DNA of 64,000 nucleotides from Candidatus Colwellbacteria bacterium (GCA_016176525.1 JACOWZ010000003.1:63554-127553), one strand, 5' to 3'. Counted from the stretch's first letter, positions 8,149 through 18,582 are shown. The notes: a model not told the origin generated them from the letters alone. Numbers and translations are program-made.

Positions 8149-10440
8149 TCAAACTACAAAGTTAATCAGTTTATTTTGTACGTATATTACTTTTTTAACT
8201 TCCTTGTTGGAAAGCGCGTTTCCAATCTTTTCGCTCTTTAGAGCAAGCTTGCGCGCATCACTCTCACTTAAACCAACTTGTGCGGCAACTTTAGCACGCA
8301 CCTTGCCGTTAACTTGAATTACTAAATCAAAATATTTTTGCATAATATGCCTTGCATTAAATTCGGGCCAAGATTCAGAATGTATAGATTTTTTATTGCC
8401 TAATTCTGACCAAAGCTCTTCTGTAATAAACGGCGCAAACGGCGCAAGAAGTTTTAAAAATACGTTAAAGTCCGCTTTAGTGCCGCCTTTCTCACTTAAA
8501 TTGTTTAAGAAAATCATAAGCTCCGAAATACATGTATTGTAATGTAAAGTTTCTATGTCCTCTGTTATTTTCTTTATGTGTGCATGAATCCAGTTACTTG
8601 TTACTTGTTGCTTGTTACCTGTTACTTGGTCACCCATTTTCCAGACGCGCTCTAAGAAGCGCGTGATTCCAGTGAGGCCTTCATCTCGCCACTCTCCACC
8701 ATCTTCAAATGGAGAGAGGAACATTAAATACATTCTTATGGCATCCGCGCCAAATTTTTTGATGTATTCGTCCGGGTTTATAACATTGCCTTTTGATTTA
8801 GACATCTTTGCACCGTCTTTCATTAAAAGCCCGTGTCCGCGAAATTGCTTAAAAGGCTCTTCAAAATCTACATATCCCCAGTCGTGCAGAGCGAGCGCCA
8901 CAAAGCGAACATATAACAAATGCAATACCGCATGTTCCGCCCCGCCTATATACATATCTACAGGAAGCCATCGTTTTATGCGTTTTGGATTAGATAGCCC
9001 ATTTTTATATTTCGGGTCTAGGTAGCGCAAGTAGTACCACGCTGAATCTAAGAATGTGTCTGAAACATCTGTTTCGCGCCGAGCTTTTTCTTTACAATTT
9101 GGGCATTTAACTTCGTAAAACTCTTTGTGTGTTGCAAGTGGAGATTTATCTGTGCCGGTTGGCCTAAAGTCTTTTATTTTTGGGAGTAAAACCGGCAAGT
9201 CTTTTTCTGGCACAGGCTGCCAGCCGCATTTATCGCAATAGATCATCGGGATTGGCGGCCCCCAATAGCGCTGGCGGGATATTAGCCAGTCTCGCAAGCG
9301 ATAATTTGTTGTGCGTTTTCCTTTTACTTTCTTTGTAATAACATCGGCATCTACAAGCGGGGCGTTGCTTACGGGCAGATTAAATTTCTTCGCAAACTCC
9401 ATATCACGCTCGTCGTGTGCGGGCACCCCCATAATTGCGCCTGTACCAACACCGGGTAAAACGTAGTTTACAACCCAAATAGGAATCTCCTCGCCCGTTG
9501 CCGGGTTAACTGCTTTTAGGCGAGAATCAATACCTTCTTTTTCTTTTATCGCCTCGGCGGCGGTGTCTCCCCTGCCCTTTATGGTTTTGTTGATAAATTC
9601 AACAACTTCTTTATTCTCGCTCCAACCAGCAGAAATCCACTCACGCGCAAGCTCGGGAGAAACAGCCAAAAATGTAGCGCCAAAAATAGTGTCGGGCCGA
9701 GTTGTAAAAACTTCAATGTTGTTTTGAAATTTAAAATTTGAAATTTTAAATTGAATCAACGATCCCGTTGATTTTCCTATCCAGTTGCGCTGGGCAATCT
9801 TTATTTTTTCGGACCAATCAAGTTTATCTAAATTCTTAAGTAGCCTGTCTGCATATTTTGTAATCTTAAAAAACCATTGCTCTAAATCTTTTTTAACTAC
9901 AATTGTCCCGCACCTCTCGCATTTGCCGCCCTCTACTTGCTCGTCTGCAAGCACGGTTTTGCAAGAGGGGCACCAGTTTACAGCCTGTTTTTTACGGTAA
10001 GCTAAACCGTTTTTATACATTTGAATAAATAGCCACTGTGTCCATTTGTAATATTCCGGATCGTAAGTCTCTAAGTGTTCATTCCAAGCAAAGCCATTAC
10101 CTATCATTTGTAATTGTTTGTAAAAATTCTTTTCGGAAACCTTAGCTTGCTCTGCAGGATGCTTGCCGATTTTAAGCGCATAGTTTTCCGAGTGTATGCC
10201 AAAACCATCCAAGCCCATCGGCTCGAAAACATCATTCCCACTCATGCGCTTGAAACGGCCGTAGATATCCGAACCAGTAAAGGCATACATATTGCCCACA
10301 TGCAGACCTTCTGCCGAGGGATACGGAAACATCATCAAGTTATAGAAAGGCTTTTTAGCCTTATCTAAATTAGGCTCGTAAACTTTAGATGTCTGCCACT
10401 TTTTACTCCACTTTGCCTCAATTTTTCTAAACGGATACAT
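8149..10440 (-). CDS. leuS: leucyl-tRNA synthetase
   Basis: 763 aa. Class I aaRS with a HxGx-type motif (…PYPSAEGLHVGNMYAF…) and a KMSKS motif (…AKMSKSKGNVINP…). Overall LeuRS architecture. Confidence 0.95.
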   Translation of the reverse strand: MYPFRKIEAKWSKKWQTSKVYEPNLDKAKKPFYNLMMFPYPSAEGLHVGNMYAFTGSDIYGRFKRMSGNDVFEPMGLDGFGIHSENYALKIGKHPAEQAKVSEKNFYKQLQMIGNGFAWNEHLETYDPEYYKWTQWLFIQMYKNGLAYRKKQAVNWCPSCKTVLADEQVEGGKCERCGTIVVKKDLEQWFFKITKYADRLLKNLDKLDWSEKIKIAQRNWIGKSTGSLIQFKISNFKFQNNIEVFTTRPDTIFGATFLAVSPELAREWISAGWSENKEVVEFINKTIKGRGDTAAEAIKEKEGIDSRLKAVNPATGEEIPIWVVNYVLPGVGTGAIMGVPAHDERDMEFAKKFNLPVSNAPLVDADVITKKVKGKRTTNYRLRDWLISRQRYWGPPIPMIYCDKCGWQPVPEKDLPVLLPKIKDFRPTGTDKSPLATHKEFYEVKCPNCKEKARRETDVSDTFLDSAWYYLRYLDPKYKNGLSNPKRIKRWLPVDMYIGGAEHAVLHLLYVRFVALALHDWGYVDFEEPFKQFRGHGLLMKDGAKMSKSKGNVINPDEYIKKFGADAIRMYLMFLSPFEDGGEWRDEGLTGITRFLERVWKMGDQVTGNKQQVTSNWIHAHIKKITEDIETLHYNTCISELMIFLNNLSEKGGTKADFNVFLKLLAPFAPFITEELWSELGNKKSIHSESWPEFNARHIMQKYFDLVIQVNGKVRAKVAAQVGLSESDARKLALKSEKIGNALSNKEVKKVIYVQNKLINFVV

Positions 10441-10469
10441 AACTATGGTATTATATCATCCGGTTCTAA

Positions 10470-10823
10470 ATGGGACACCAAGAAGATGCGAGGTTAGCAC
10501 TAGAAGTAGTGGAGAAAATGGTGCATGAGTTTGAGGAGTCTCTAAAAGAAGGGACCCCGCTCTACAACACCATTGCAAAAGAAGAGGAGCCCACGAACGT
10601 TAAAAACTACATAGTCGGCCGCGTGCTTGCGTTGGAAAGCGCCATAAACAGAGAGCTTGATATGCTCTGGAAGTTGATGTACGGCACCGAGAACCCAAAA
10701 AAGGTCAATGTGGCCACAATTGCAAATAAAAAGCGCATGGAACTGCGACAAGCCGCAATGGCTAGGCAAAATGCTCCGCAGCTTGTTGAAGTACCTGTTA
10801 AGGCGCTTACCAAGGCGCACTAA
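10470..10823 (+). CDS. hypothetical protein
   Basis: 117-aa ORF, probably helical and charged, divergent from leuS. Followed by a terminator hairpin. Confidence 0.4.
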   Translation: MGHQEDARLALEVVEKMVHEFEESLKEGTPLYNTIAKEEEPTNVKNYIVGRVLALESAINRELDMLWKLMYGTENPKKVNVATIANKKRMELRQAAMARQNAPQLVEVPVKALTKAH

Positions 10824-10827
10824 AACA

Positions 10828-10850
10828 AAACCCCATTTGGGGTTTATTTT
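10828..10850 (+). terminator. rho-independent terminator
   Basis: AAACCCCA-TT-TGGGGTTT hairpin followed by ATTTTTCT. Confidence 0.5.
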
Positions 10851-10987
10851 TCTAGAATGAAATTGACAAGCGTTCTTTTATATTGTAAAGTCTGGTTCAG
10901 AAACGCTCCTTAAAAACAGGAGGAATTACAACGGAAAAAACAGACACAAACCAGAAGATTCTGGAGTGTCTGAAAAACACTCCGGGG

Positions 10988-11431
10988 TTGCACAAAAAGG
11001 AGATAGCGGCGCGATTAGGTATCGGCCGGTTTAAAACCGCAAAGTGCCTTCGGCAATTAAAGCGAAGTAGCAAAATAGTTCGCATCCGCCGGATGCGCTA
11101 TACGCTATACTTCCTAGAATCGATGCCGCCGCCCAAACGCAAAGCAATCAGTTTTTTGCGAGTGCCACTTATTCGGCGCTTGGCTGAACACTTAGTAAAG
11201 TCTGAATCCGACTCCCTTGAGGTAATGTCGGAATCTGTAGGAGCAACCAAGCGCGTTGTGCGCCGCACGCTGCGGCGCCTAAAACGCGAAGATATGCTCC
11301 GATTCAGCTACGTTGGGCGAAACGGCACCACTAAAAGCAGTATCCATCTGCACCCAGACATGAGAGTAATCACAGTGCAGATAAGAGAAAATAACCTGCG
11401 ACAAGAAAAATCGCAGGTTTTTATATTTTGA
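10988..11431 (+). CDS. winged helix-turn-helix DNA-binding protein (MarR/ArsR-like fold)
   Basis: ORF-track start is TTG at 10988. The in-frame upstream extension from 10889 encodes TEKTDTNQKILECLKNTPGLHKKEIAARLG, the missing helix 1 of the wHTH, with a perfect AGGAGG at 10918-10923. True start is probably a non-canonical codon upstream (see findings). Confidence 0.55.
   Translation: MHKKEIAARLGIGRFKTAKCLRQLKRSSKIVRIRRMRYTLYFLESMPPPKRKAISFLRVPLIRRLAEHLVKSESDSLEVMSESVGATKRVVRRTLRRLKREDMLRFSYVGRNGTTKSSIHLHPDMRVITVQIRENNLRQEKSQVFIF
11394..11429 (+). terminator. rho-independent terminator at the end of the wHTH gene
   Basis: ACCTGCGA-caagaaaaa-TCGCAGGT followed by TTTTATATTTT. Confidence 0.45.
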
Positions 11432-12254
11432 AAATTCTTCTTGCGTTTGCTGTTGTCATTTTAGCAACAGTGTCGGTCGCAACACCCAAAATTTCTGCAA
11501 GTTTCTCTGCAACGTAAACAATATATGTTGGCTCGTTGCGCTTGCCGCGATGCGGCGTAGGGGCAACATAAGGCGCATCTGTCTCCAAAACAATTCTGTC
11601 TAACCCAATATATTTAATAACCTCGTCATAGTCCCGTGCAAATGTAGTTACACCGCCGAAAGAGAAAGAAAAACCCAGCTCCATTAGCGCTTTTGCGTCG
11701 TTTTTGGTGCCAGAGAAAAAGTGAACAACGCCCGGCAGATTAGTTAGTAGTTTATAGTTATTAGTGAGTAGTTTAATTAAATCAGGGAAGGCTTGGCGGC
11801 AGTGAATCATAAGCGGCTTTTGTAATTCGTGTGATAATTTAATTTGCGCTTCAAAAGCGGCAAATTGCTTTTTCTTTGTTTCTTGCGATGAACGATAGTA
11901 ATCCAACCCACACTCGCCTATTGCCACCACTTTGGAATGTTGCCCAACTTTTTTGTAATACTCGTAGTCAAATTCTTCACCGCGAGATGTAAATCCGCCA
12001 GTTGGCGGACCACCTAGCTCTTTCTCGTCGTGGTAAGACTTATCTGTGTGTATCGGGTGCAGGCCAATTGCAGCATATACGCCTTCTTTATAATCTCTTG
12101 CAACATCAATAGCGCGAATGGATGTATTTACTTGTGTGCCTACATTTATTATCCATACACCGCTCTCCAGCGCACGTACAATAACCTCGCGGCTATCTTT
12201 TTCGTAAGCCGCAAATTGTGTGTGCGTATGTACGTCAATAAGCCTAGGATTCAT
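11421..12254 (-). CDS. tatD: TatD-family metal-dependent DNase/hydrolase
   Basis: MNPRLIDVHTHTQF… is a canonical TatD N-terminus, and ..GECGLDYY.. is a canonical internal TatD motif. The ORF track extends the frame to a GTG at 12305, but ATG at 12254 matches the family N-terminus. Confidence 0.8.
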   Translation of the reverse strand: MNPRLIDVHTHTQFAAYEKDSREVIVRALESGVWIINVGTQVNTSIRAIDVARDYKEGVYAAIGLHPIHTDKSYHDEKELGGPPTGGFTSRGEEFDYEYYKKVGQHSKVVAIGECGLDYYRSSQETKKKQFAAFEAQIKLSHELQKPLMIHCRQAFPDLIKLLTNNYKLLTNLPGVVHFFSGTKNDAKALMELGFSFSFGGVTTFARDYDEVIKYIGLDRIVLETDAPYVAPTPHRGKRNEPTYIVYVAEKLAEILGVATDTVAKMTTANARRIFKI

Positions 12255-13680
12255 TGCGCGGGAAAAGAACGCCGATTTCTTTAGCCTGATTACCACTGAA
12301 TGCACCTAAAATTTTATCTGCTGTTTCAGGTAAAAATGGTTGTAGTGCAAGCGCTACTTCATAAACACCCTTTAATAATTGCTGTATATCCTTCTTCGCC
12401 TGCACAGTATCAGTTTTTATTTTTTTGAACGGCTGTTCAGTTTCTATAAAACCGTCTAATTCGCTTATCCAGACCCAGATAGCATTTGCAGCTTTTTGAA
12501 TTTCAAAATTGTCCAGAAACTCATTCTTTGGGTATTTAAGAAATTTAACTTTTTCGGGAATTTCTACTTTGTAGCTAACTGCCATTTTAAGAACGCGGCT
12601 CACCAAATTTCCTAATCCATTTGCGAGGTTTGCGTTGTAAGACTCTTTGAATTTGTCCATTATAACATCGAAATCTTCAAATTGAGCAACCTCGCGCGCT
12701 AGGTAATACCGCAGAGCGTCAATACTATATTCTTTAATAATAGTAATTGGATTAATTACATTACCTAAGCTTTTAGACATTTTGTGTCCGCCGCTTGTTA
12801 TAAAGCCGTGATAGAAAACGCTTTTCGTTGTAGAAATGTCAGCCGACATTAGCATCGCTTGCCACATAAGAGATTGAAAACGTACCTGGTCTTTGCCGGC
12901 AAATTGTATTGTTTCGCCTTTATCCCAGAATTTCTTAAATTTGCCTTCGGAATCATTCGGCCAACCAAGTGTTGAAATATAGTTGGTAAGTGCATCAAAC
13001 CAAACATACATTACCTGCGTATCATCCCCCGGCACAGGCACGCCCCACGCTAACCGGCTCTTCTCGCGCGAAATACTAAAGTCTTCTAGGCCGGATTTAA
13101 CAAAATCAATTGCTTCTTTTCTTCTCCACTCGGGTATTATTGCTTTGGGGTTATCCAAATATTCAAGTAACTTGTCGGCATATTTTGAGAACCTAAAAAA
13201 ATAATTTTCTTCTTTGAGAACCTGTGGAGGTTTTTTATGGATTGCGCAGCTCCCATCAACTATATCTTTCTCCGATAAAAACCTTTCACACCCGACGCAA
13301 TAGAGGCCTTCATACGCTTTTTTATAAATATCCCCTGCTTTGTCGCACAGCCGCCAAATTTCTTGCGCCGCCAATTTGTGGTTTGCATCCGTTGTGCGGA
13401 TAAATGCGTCGTTGGATAAACCTAATATATCTTTCAACTTTCTAAATTCCGCGGCGTAATAGTCAACGTAATCCTGTACATCTTTGCCTGCTTTTTGGGC
13501 CGCTTCAAAAATCTTTTGCCCGTGCTCATCCGTGCCGGTGTTAAAAAACACTTCCCTACCCAGCAAACGATTGTGGCGTGCAATAATATCAGCTTCCACA
13601 ATCTCCAGTGCAAAGCCTATATGCGGGTCTGCGTTTACGTAGGGCAGAGTGGTTGTAATATAGAGCGTGTTCTTGGTCAT
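12244..13680 (-). CDS. metG: methionyl-tRNA synthetase (short form)
   Basis: 478 aa. TTTLPYVNADPHIGFALE (HIGH-like motif), KMSKSLGNVI (KMSKS). Anticodon-binding helical C-terminus. Confidence 0.95.
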   Translation of the reverse strand: MTKNTLYITTTLPYVNADPHIGFALEIVEADIIARHNRLLGREVFFNTGTDEHGQKIFEAAQKAGKDVQDYVDYYAAEFRKLKDILGLSNDAFIRTTDANHKLAAQEIWRLCDKAGDIYKKAYEGLYCVGCERFLSEKDIVDGSCAIHKKPPQVLKEENYFFRFSKYADKLLEYLDNPKAIIPEWRRKEAIDFVKSGLEDFSISREKSRLAWGVPVPGDDTQVMYVWFDALTNYISTLGWPNDSEGKFKKFWDKGETIQFAGKDQVRFQSLMWQAMLMSADISTTKSVFYHGFITSGGHKMSKSLGNVINPITIIKEYSIDALRYYLAREVAQFEDFDVIMDKFKESYNANLANGLGNLVSRVLKMAVSYKVEIPEKVKFLKYPKNEFLDNFEIQKAANAIWVWISELDGFIETEQPFKKIKTDTVQAKKDIQQLLKGVYEVALALQPFLPETADKILGAFSGNQAKEIGVLFPRNES

Positions 13681-14948
13681 TAGCTAATTTGCAAAAGATA
13701 GCTTAGGTCTTTGTTCTGCGGCGCGCCGAGAGCCAAAAGATTTAATTTTTTCGGCACAAAAATATCGCGCGCGACGCTTTTTACTTCTTCTGCTGTTACT
13801 GATTTTACTTTTTGGATAATTTCTTCGGGAGTCAACATCTCTTTCTTTAAAATCTCCTGCAGTCCATAAAATGCAGCGAGCTCGTCAGAAGTTTCAAGCC
13901 CTAATATTAACTTGCCCTCTAAGCTGTTTTTCGCTTTTTGCAATTCCGGACCGAGCACAAGTTCGCTCTTTGCTTTTTGGAGCTCTGCCATAATAACTTT
14001 AACAGCCTCGCTAAATTTTGCTTTATCTAAACCGGCAAAAATAGTCATATACCCATGGTCTGTAAGAAAATCTGTTCCGGATTTTACATAATATGCCGCG
14101 CCAAGCTCCTCGCGCACTTTATGGAATAATCTGGAGCTCATTCCACCACCCATTATTTCTGACAAAACCTCCAATGCAAACCTGCGGTTATCAAAAACAT
14201 CAAAAGTTCGCACACCAAGCGCAATATGAATTTGGTCTAATGGCCTTTCTACTATAGAAAAGGCGGGTTTAGTCTGTGATTCAATAATTTGAAGCTTGCC
14301 TGCTTTCTTGCCACCTGGAACTTCCGCAAAAAATTTCTCCACCTTTTTTATAGTTTCTTCTTCGTTAAAACCACCGGCGATTACAACACTTGTTGCTCCA
14401 GCAACATAATGCTCGCCTTTATAACGCACAAAATCTTCGCGTGTTAAGTTCATAATATTCTCTTTAGGCCCGGCAATATCCCACCCAGCCGGCTGGTCGC
14501 CGTACAAAAGCCCGGTAAGCTGGTCTTGAACATGAATCATCGGGTTATCCGCTCGCATATCTATCTCGCCTATTATTACGCCGCGTTCTTTATTAATTTC
14601 TTTGGCATCAAAAACCTGATTTATGTAAATATCAGAAAGTAAGTCTAGTATTTTATCTATATGTTCGGAAGCAGCTTTAATGTAATAGCCTGTCACTTCT
14701 TCGGCAGTGAAAGCATTATGCTCGGAGCCGATTTCTGCCATCTCTGTTGCAATTTGGAGCGCTGTTGGCCTGCGTTTTGTGCCCTTAAAGCACATATGCT
14801 CTAAAAAGTGAGAAATGCCGTTTATTTTTTTGGTTTCGTACTTAGAGCCGGTTTCAACCAAAACTAAAACCGTAACCGCCAAACTGCCGGGTTGCGGAGC
14901 AGTAATAATACGGAGACCGTTTTTTAGCGTAGTTTTTTTAAAAGCCAT
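13680..14948 (-). CDS. M16-family zinc peptidase (insulinase/pitrilysin-like)
   Basis: 422 aa. HFLEHMCFKGT inverted zincin motif HxxEH near the N-terminus. Two-domain M16 architecture. Confidence 0.8.
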   Translation of the reverse strand: MAFKKTTLKNGLRIITAPQPGSLAVTVLVLVETGSKYETKKINGISHFLEHMCFKGTKRRPTALQIATEMAEIGSEHNAFTAEEVTGYYIKAASEHIDKILDLLSDIYINQVFDAKEINKERGVIIGEIDMRADNPMIHVQDQLTGLLYGDQPAGWDIAGPKENIMNLTREDFVRYKGEHYVAGATSVVIAGGFNEEETIKKVEKFFAEVPGGKKAGKLQIIESQTKPAFSIVERPLDQIHIALGVRTFDVFDNRRFALEVLSEIMGGGMSSRLFHKVREELGAAYYVKSGTDFLTDHGYMTIFAGLDKAKFSEAVKVIMAELQKAKSELVLGPELQKAKNSLEGKLILGLETSDELAAFYGLQEILKKEMLTPEEIIQKVKSVTAEEVKSVARDIFVPKKLNLLALGAPQNKDLSYLLQIS

Positions 14949-16369
14949 TCTTTAAGTTCTGTAATTTTTACTCTCTCTTGTTTTGCGGTGTCGCGGTCGC
15001 GGACTGTAACAGCCTCATCCTTTAAACTGTCAAAGTCCACCGTTACACAATACGGCGTGCCTGCTTCGTCTTGCGCATAGTACCGCTTACCAATATTACC
15101 GCGAGCATCCCACGCAACGGGCAACAGTGAGTAGTTAGTAGCAAGTAGTGAGTAAACTTCTTGGGCTTTTTTAACAAGCTCCGGCTTATTGGCAAGAAGC
15201 GGAAATACTGCAACCTTATATGGCGCAAGCGCGGGTTTTAGTTTAAGAACCACTCTATCCCCATCTTCGTGGTAACTATCAAGCAAAACTGCTAAAAGCG
15301 TGCGTTCGACACCGAATGTCGGCTCCACAACATGCGGGTAAGATTCTAAACCCTTAAAGTGGTTTTTAAGATCGTAGTCGCCGCGGTAAGCTAAACCATA
15401 GAGTTCGCTTTTACCGAAAGGAAAGTCATACTCAAAGTCCACCGTGCGTTTTGAGTAGTGTGCCCTTTCTCCATCTGGAATTTCTGTAAGACTAACTTTT
15501 TTGCGGTCAATACCAACCAAATCCAGCCACTTTAGCATTTCTTCTTGCCAATACTCAAAATGCTCGTTCCAATCGCCTTCTTTAGCATCAAAGAAATACT
15601 CAATCTCCATTTGCTCAAACTCGCGCGTGCGAAAAATAAAATTGCCGGGGGTAATTTCGTTGCGGAACGCCTTACCGATTTGCGCAACTCCGAAAGGCAG
15701 TTTTACGCGCGCGGAGTCCATAATGTTCTTAAAGTTTATAAAAATTCCCTGCGCAGTTTCGGGGCGGAAGTAAACTAACTCCTTATTAACTCTATCGAAT
15801 AGGTCATGGATTGATTTGAGATCTTTTTCTTCTCTAGAGTGTAAATATTTTGCATAGGCATTATAAATCTCATTAATTGGATCAACTGGCCCTAAAGCAG
15901 TATAAAGCATCAGGTTAAACATCTTCGGGGGGGTAAAATCAGCATCCTTATTGCAATTCGGACACTTTTCCCCTGGAGGAATTCCTCTACCCCAAGAATA
16001 CCCGCGATTACTTTTCTTTATTTCGTATCCAAGTTGATCCGCTCTGAAACGAACATGACAATGTTTGCACTCGACAAGTGGATCTGTAAATTCCTTCAGG
16101 TGTCCACTTGCACCCCAAACTTTTGGATTCATGATTATACCGGAATCAATGCCAACCATATCTTTGCGGCTTTGCACAAAGTTTTTCCACCAAAGATTTT
16201 TGATATTGTTTTTTAGCTCTACGCCAAGCGGGCCGTAGTCCCAAGAGTTTGCAAGCCCGCCATAAATTTCTGATCCCGGATATACAAAACCGCGCCTTTT
16301 ACAGAGCGAAACTATTTTTTCCATTAAATTGTTGTTCATTTTATTGTCTAACTTTCCCTTCTCCTTCAC
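14924..16369 (-). CDS. glyQS: glycyl-tRNA synthetase (alpha2 glyQS type)
   Basis: 481 aa. RGFVYPGSEIYGGLANSWDYGPLG is a hallmark GlyRS N-terminus. Class II motifs. Likely true start at MNNNLMEK (~16339). Confidence 0.9.
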   Translation of the reverse strand: MKEKGKLDNKMNNNLMEKIVSLCKRRGFVYPGSEIYGGLANSWDYGPLGVELKNNIKNLWWKNFVQSRKDMVGIDSGIIMNPKVWGASGHLKEFTDPLVECKHCHVRFRADQLGYEIKKSNRGYSWGRGIPPGEKCPNCNKDADFTPPKMFNLMLYTALGPVDPINEIYNAYAKYLHSREEKDLKSIHDLFDRVNKELVYFRPETAQGIFINFKNIMDSARVKLPFGVAQIGKAFRNEITPGNFIFRTREFEQMEIEYFFDAKEGDWNEHFEYWQEEMLKWLDLVGIDRKKVSLTEIPDGERAHYSKRTVDFEYDFPFGKSELYGLAYRGDYDLKNHFKGLESYPHVVEPTFGVERTLLAVLLDSYHEDGDRVVLKLKPALAPYKVAVFPLLANKPELVKKAQEVYSLLATNYSLLPVAWDARGNIGKRYYAQDEAGTPYCVTVDFDSLKDEAVTVRDRDTAKQERVKITELKEWLLKKLR

Positions 16370-18065
16370 TCACTGTTCGGTCATTCGGCAAGAGTGTAGT
16401 TATGCCGGGGGCCACTACTTCGATTTCAGAACCCGTCCAGTCATCCGTTGCAGTAAGCTTGGCTTCAAAAAGAATTTGTGCATATGTGCCCAGGTTATCT
16501 CCTGGCGGATTTATACGGATCTGGAAAACTGCGCTTGGCGCATCGGAGACAATGCCGGCAGTTGCAAAAACCTTATCCAGACGCCAAACCACTTCATTGG
16601 TTGACCCGTCATGCTCCGGCAAATAAGAACTGTTGCCTTTTACAACACCTGTAAACTCTGCTCTAAATGGGAGAAGAGCGCGCACTTCAACGTTTGAGAG
16701 ATCCGTGCTGTAATTTGTTATTTCCCAATGCACGGTAAACTCGGTGGCTTTATCTACCTCCGGCGGCCAAGGCCCGCTATTTACTATAAAAGACTCTGCA
16801 TCCCTATACAAACCAAACGCATTAATTTGTGTTTCCCCTGCTATTTTTGTTTCTAAAAATGCTGATGCTGTGCTCTTACTCTTTGCACTTGCCTCCACAC
16901 TAACTGCAAAGTTCTTATCATTTAATTTCCTTATCGGATAAGAATCTAAAAGTTGAATATTAAAATCTAAAACGCCAGATGCGCCCGGGTTTAAAACCTC
17001 TAAATCTGGACGAAGCTCGCTATTCCATTCCAAAACTTTTGTTCTTGGGTTCCAAACTGCGCCTTCGGTATCTAAGGTCTCAAAATTATACATCTCGCCC
17101 GAGAACTTTGCGCTTACAGTAATATCTTCCATGGCTTCTTTGGAGTTATTTTTAAACACGAGCTCATATTCCATTGTGTCTCCTGGGTGATACTCTCCGC
17201 CCTTATTAGATAGCTCTATATCTAAAGCAAGCACCGGCATATCCATTAAAACTGAAGCCGTAGATTCTACTAGAGCATAATCCTCCTCCAAAAACTCATC
17301 TAAAATACTTGCTTTTATAGCAAACTCTTCGCCCTGCCTTAAGTCCACCTTGCCATTTATTACAATTTTGCCCGACTCCCCCCGTGTAAGGCTTAGTTCC
17401 CAAATATTGTCAGTTGATGGTTTCGGCAGAGAAGATACAAGCGAAAATCTATTCGGAAAATCCATTTTAAGTTTTACAGATTCAAAATCCTCGTTGCCTA
17501 GGTTTTCGTAAAGCACAGATACCTCAAACGGAACGCCGGCAACAACAGTCTCCGGAGCCACAACTTCCAGAGATAGGTCGGCTTCACCAACATCTACATT
17601 GATGGTTCTTCTCTTCTCAAAAACGGTTTTTAGCGAACCTATACCATAATTTATGGATATTGGAATATCTCTTGTGTCCCTTTCTGTAGGCATGGCAACA
17701 AATTCTATAACCTCTGTGTGAGTTCCTTGCGAACGAATATCGCCAATTTCAAATACCTCTATAGCTCTGCCGCTTCTGCCTAAAATACTAATGCCATCTT
17801 GAACTTCAACGTGCAAATTAACATCGGTCATATCACTGTTTGTGTTATTAAAAACCTCCAATTTCACCTCAAAAGGCTTGCCAATTTCAATCTCTTCAGA
17901 GAGCACTTCTGCAGTAAAATCTATACCCACTTGCCGCAGATTCGCCTGCAGATAAAAAAGCGCGCCGGACAAAAGAATCCCTACTATAAGGATGATATAC
18001 CATTTTACTAATCTCTCTCTGGAAATCTTTTTTAGTTTTTTAAATTTTAACCAGTTTTTCAGCAT
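16341..18065 (-). CDS. hypothetical large membrane-anchored extracytoplasmic protein (repeated beta-sandwich-like modules)
   Basis: 574 aa. N-terminal TM (WYIILIVGILLSGALFYL). The rest is predicted extracellular with several ~100-aa repeats of similar composition. No enzyme motifs. Confidence 0.55.
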   Translation of the reverse strand: MLKNWLKFKKLKKISRERLVKWYIILIVGILLSGALFYLQANLRQVGIDFTAEVLSEEIEIGKPFEVKLEVFNNTNSDMTDVNLHVEVQDGISILGRSGRAIEVFEIGDIRSQGTHTEVIEFVAMPTERDTRDIPISINYGIGSLKTVFEKRRTINVDVGEADLSLEVVAPETVVAGVPFEVSVLYENLGNEDFESVKLKMDFPNRFSLVSSLPKPSTDNIWELSLTRGESGKIVINGKVDLRQGEEFAIKASILDEFLEEDYALVESTASVLMDMPVLALDIELSNKGGEYHPGDTMEYELVFKNNSKEAMEDITVSAKFSGEMYNFETLDTEGAVWNPRTKVLEWNSELRPDLEVLNPGASGVLDFNIQLLDSYPIRKLNDKNFAVSVEASAKSKSTASAFLETKIAGETQINAFGLYRDAESFIVNSGPWPPEVDKATEFTVHWEITNYSTDLSNVEVRALLPFRAEFTGVVKGNSSYLPEHDGSTNEVVWRLDKVFATAGIVSDAPSAVFQIRINPPGDNLGTYAQILFEAKLTATDDWTGSEIEVVAPGITTLLPNDRTVSEGEGKVRQ

Positions 18066-18582
18066 TTATAGAAAATTTGCCCGGCGCATCCGAGCATAAA
18101 AACATTATATCTGTGGCGGAGAAATACACAACCTGTGCCTTACCGCAGTCTGCACATTTCGCAAATTTAGGCCCCAAACCAAGTATTTCTAAAAACCGCC
18201 TATAAACTTTCTGCGGCGGAATACCTGAAGAGCATAAAAGGCGATTGGTAAGCACAAACTCGATAGCATGCCAAAGCCGCAAGTCCGGGTTGTGGTATGG
18301 CGTCATACTCTCTATAAAATCTAGGAATTGCATAATTTCGCGACTTACTTCCAGTTTTTGGGCAAGCGCGTCTAAAACCTGGAAATTTTCTTTTTTTGTT
18401 AGCCGCACGTCCACGATATCGCCAACATCTAAATGGCCTGCAAGTTTAGAGTGTATATTAAGCAAGCCCTTTGCACTTGCAGAAATTTTACCAAAGTCCC
18501 TAGTATATAGCACTAAATTTGCATCTGATTCTTTTTTGTGTGTTCTATTAAGAACAACAGCGCGGGTAAAATATTCAGCCAT
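18040..18582 (-). CDS. recO: DNA repair protein RecO (compact form)
   Basis: 180 aa. N-terminal OB-fold pattern (AVVLNRTHKKESDANLVLYTRDFGKISASAKG). C-terminal Cys cluster (CADCGK…FLC) like the RecO zinc finger. Confidence 0.55.
   Translation of the reverse strand: MAEYFTRAVVLNRTHKKESDANLVLYTRDFGKISASAKGLLNIHSKLAGHLDVGDIVDVRLTKKENFQVLDALAQKLEVSREIMQFLDFIESMTPYHNPDLRLWHAIEFVLTNRLLCSSGIPPQKVYRRFLEILGLGPKFAKCADCGKAQVVYFSATDIMFLCSDAPGKFSINAEKLVKI

Noticed and set aside
8612-9025. 137-aa plus-strand ORF inside leuS
   Set aside because: Antisense to a highly conserved aaRS gene. No signals.
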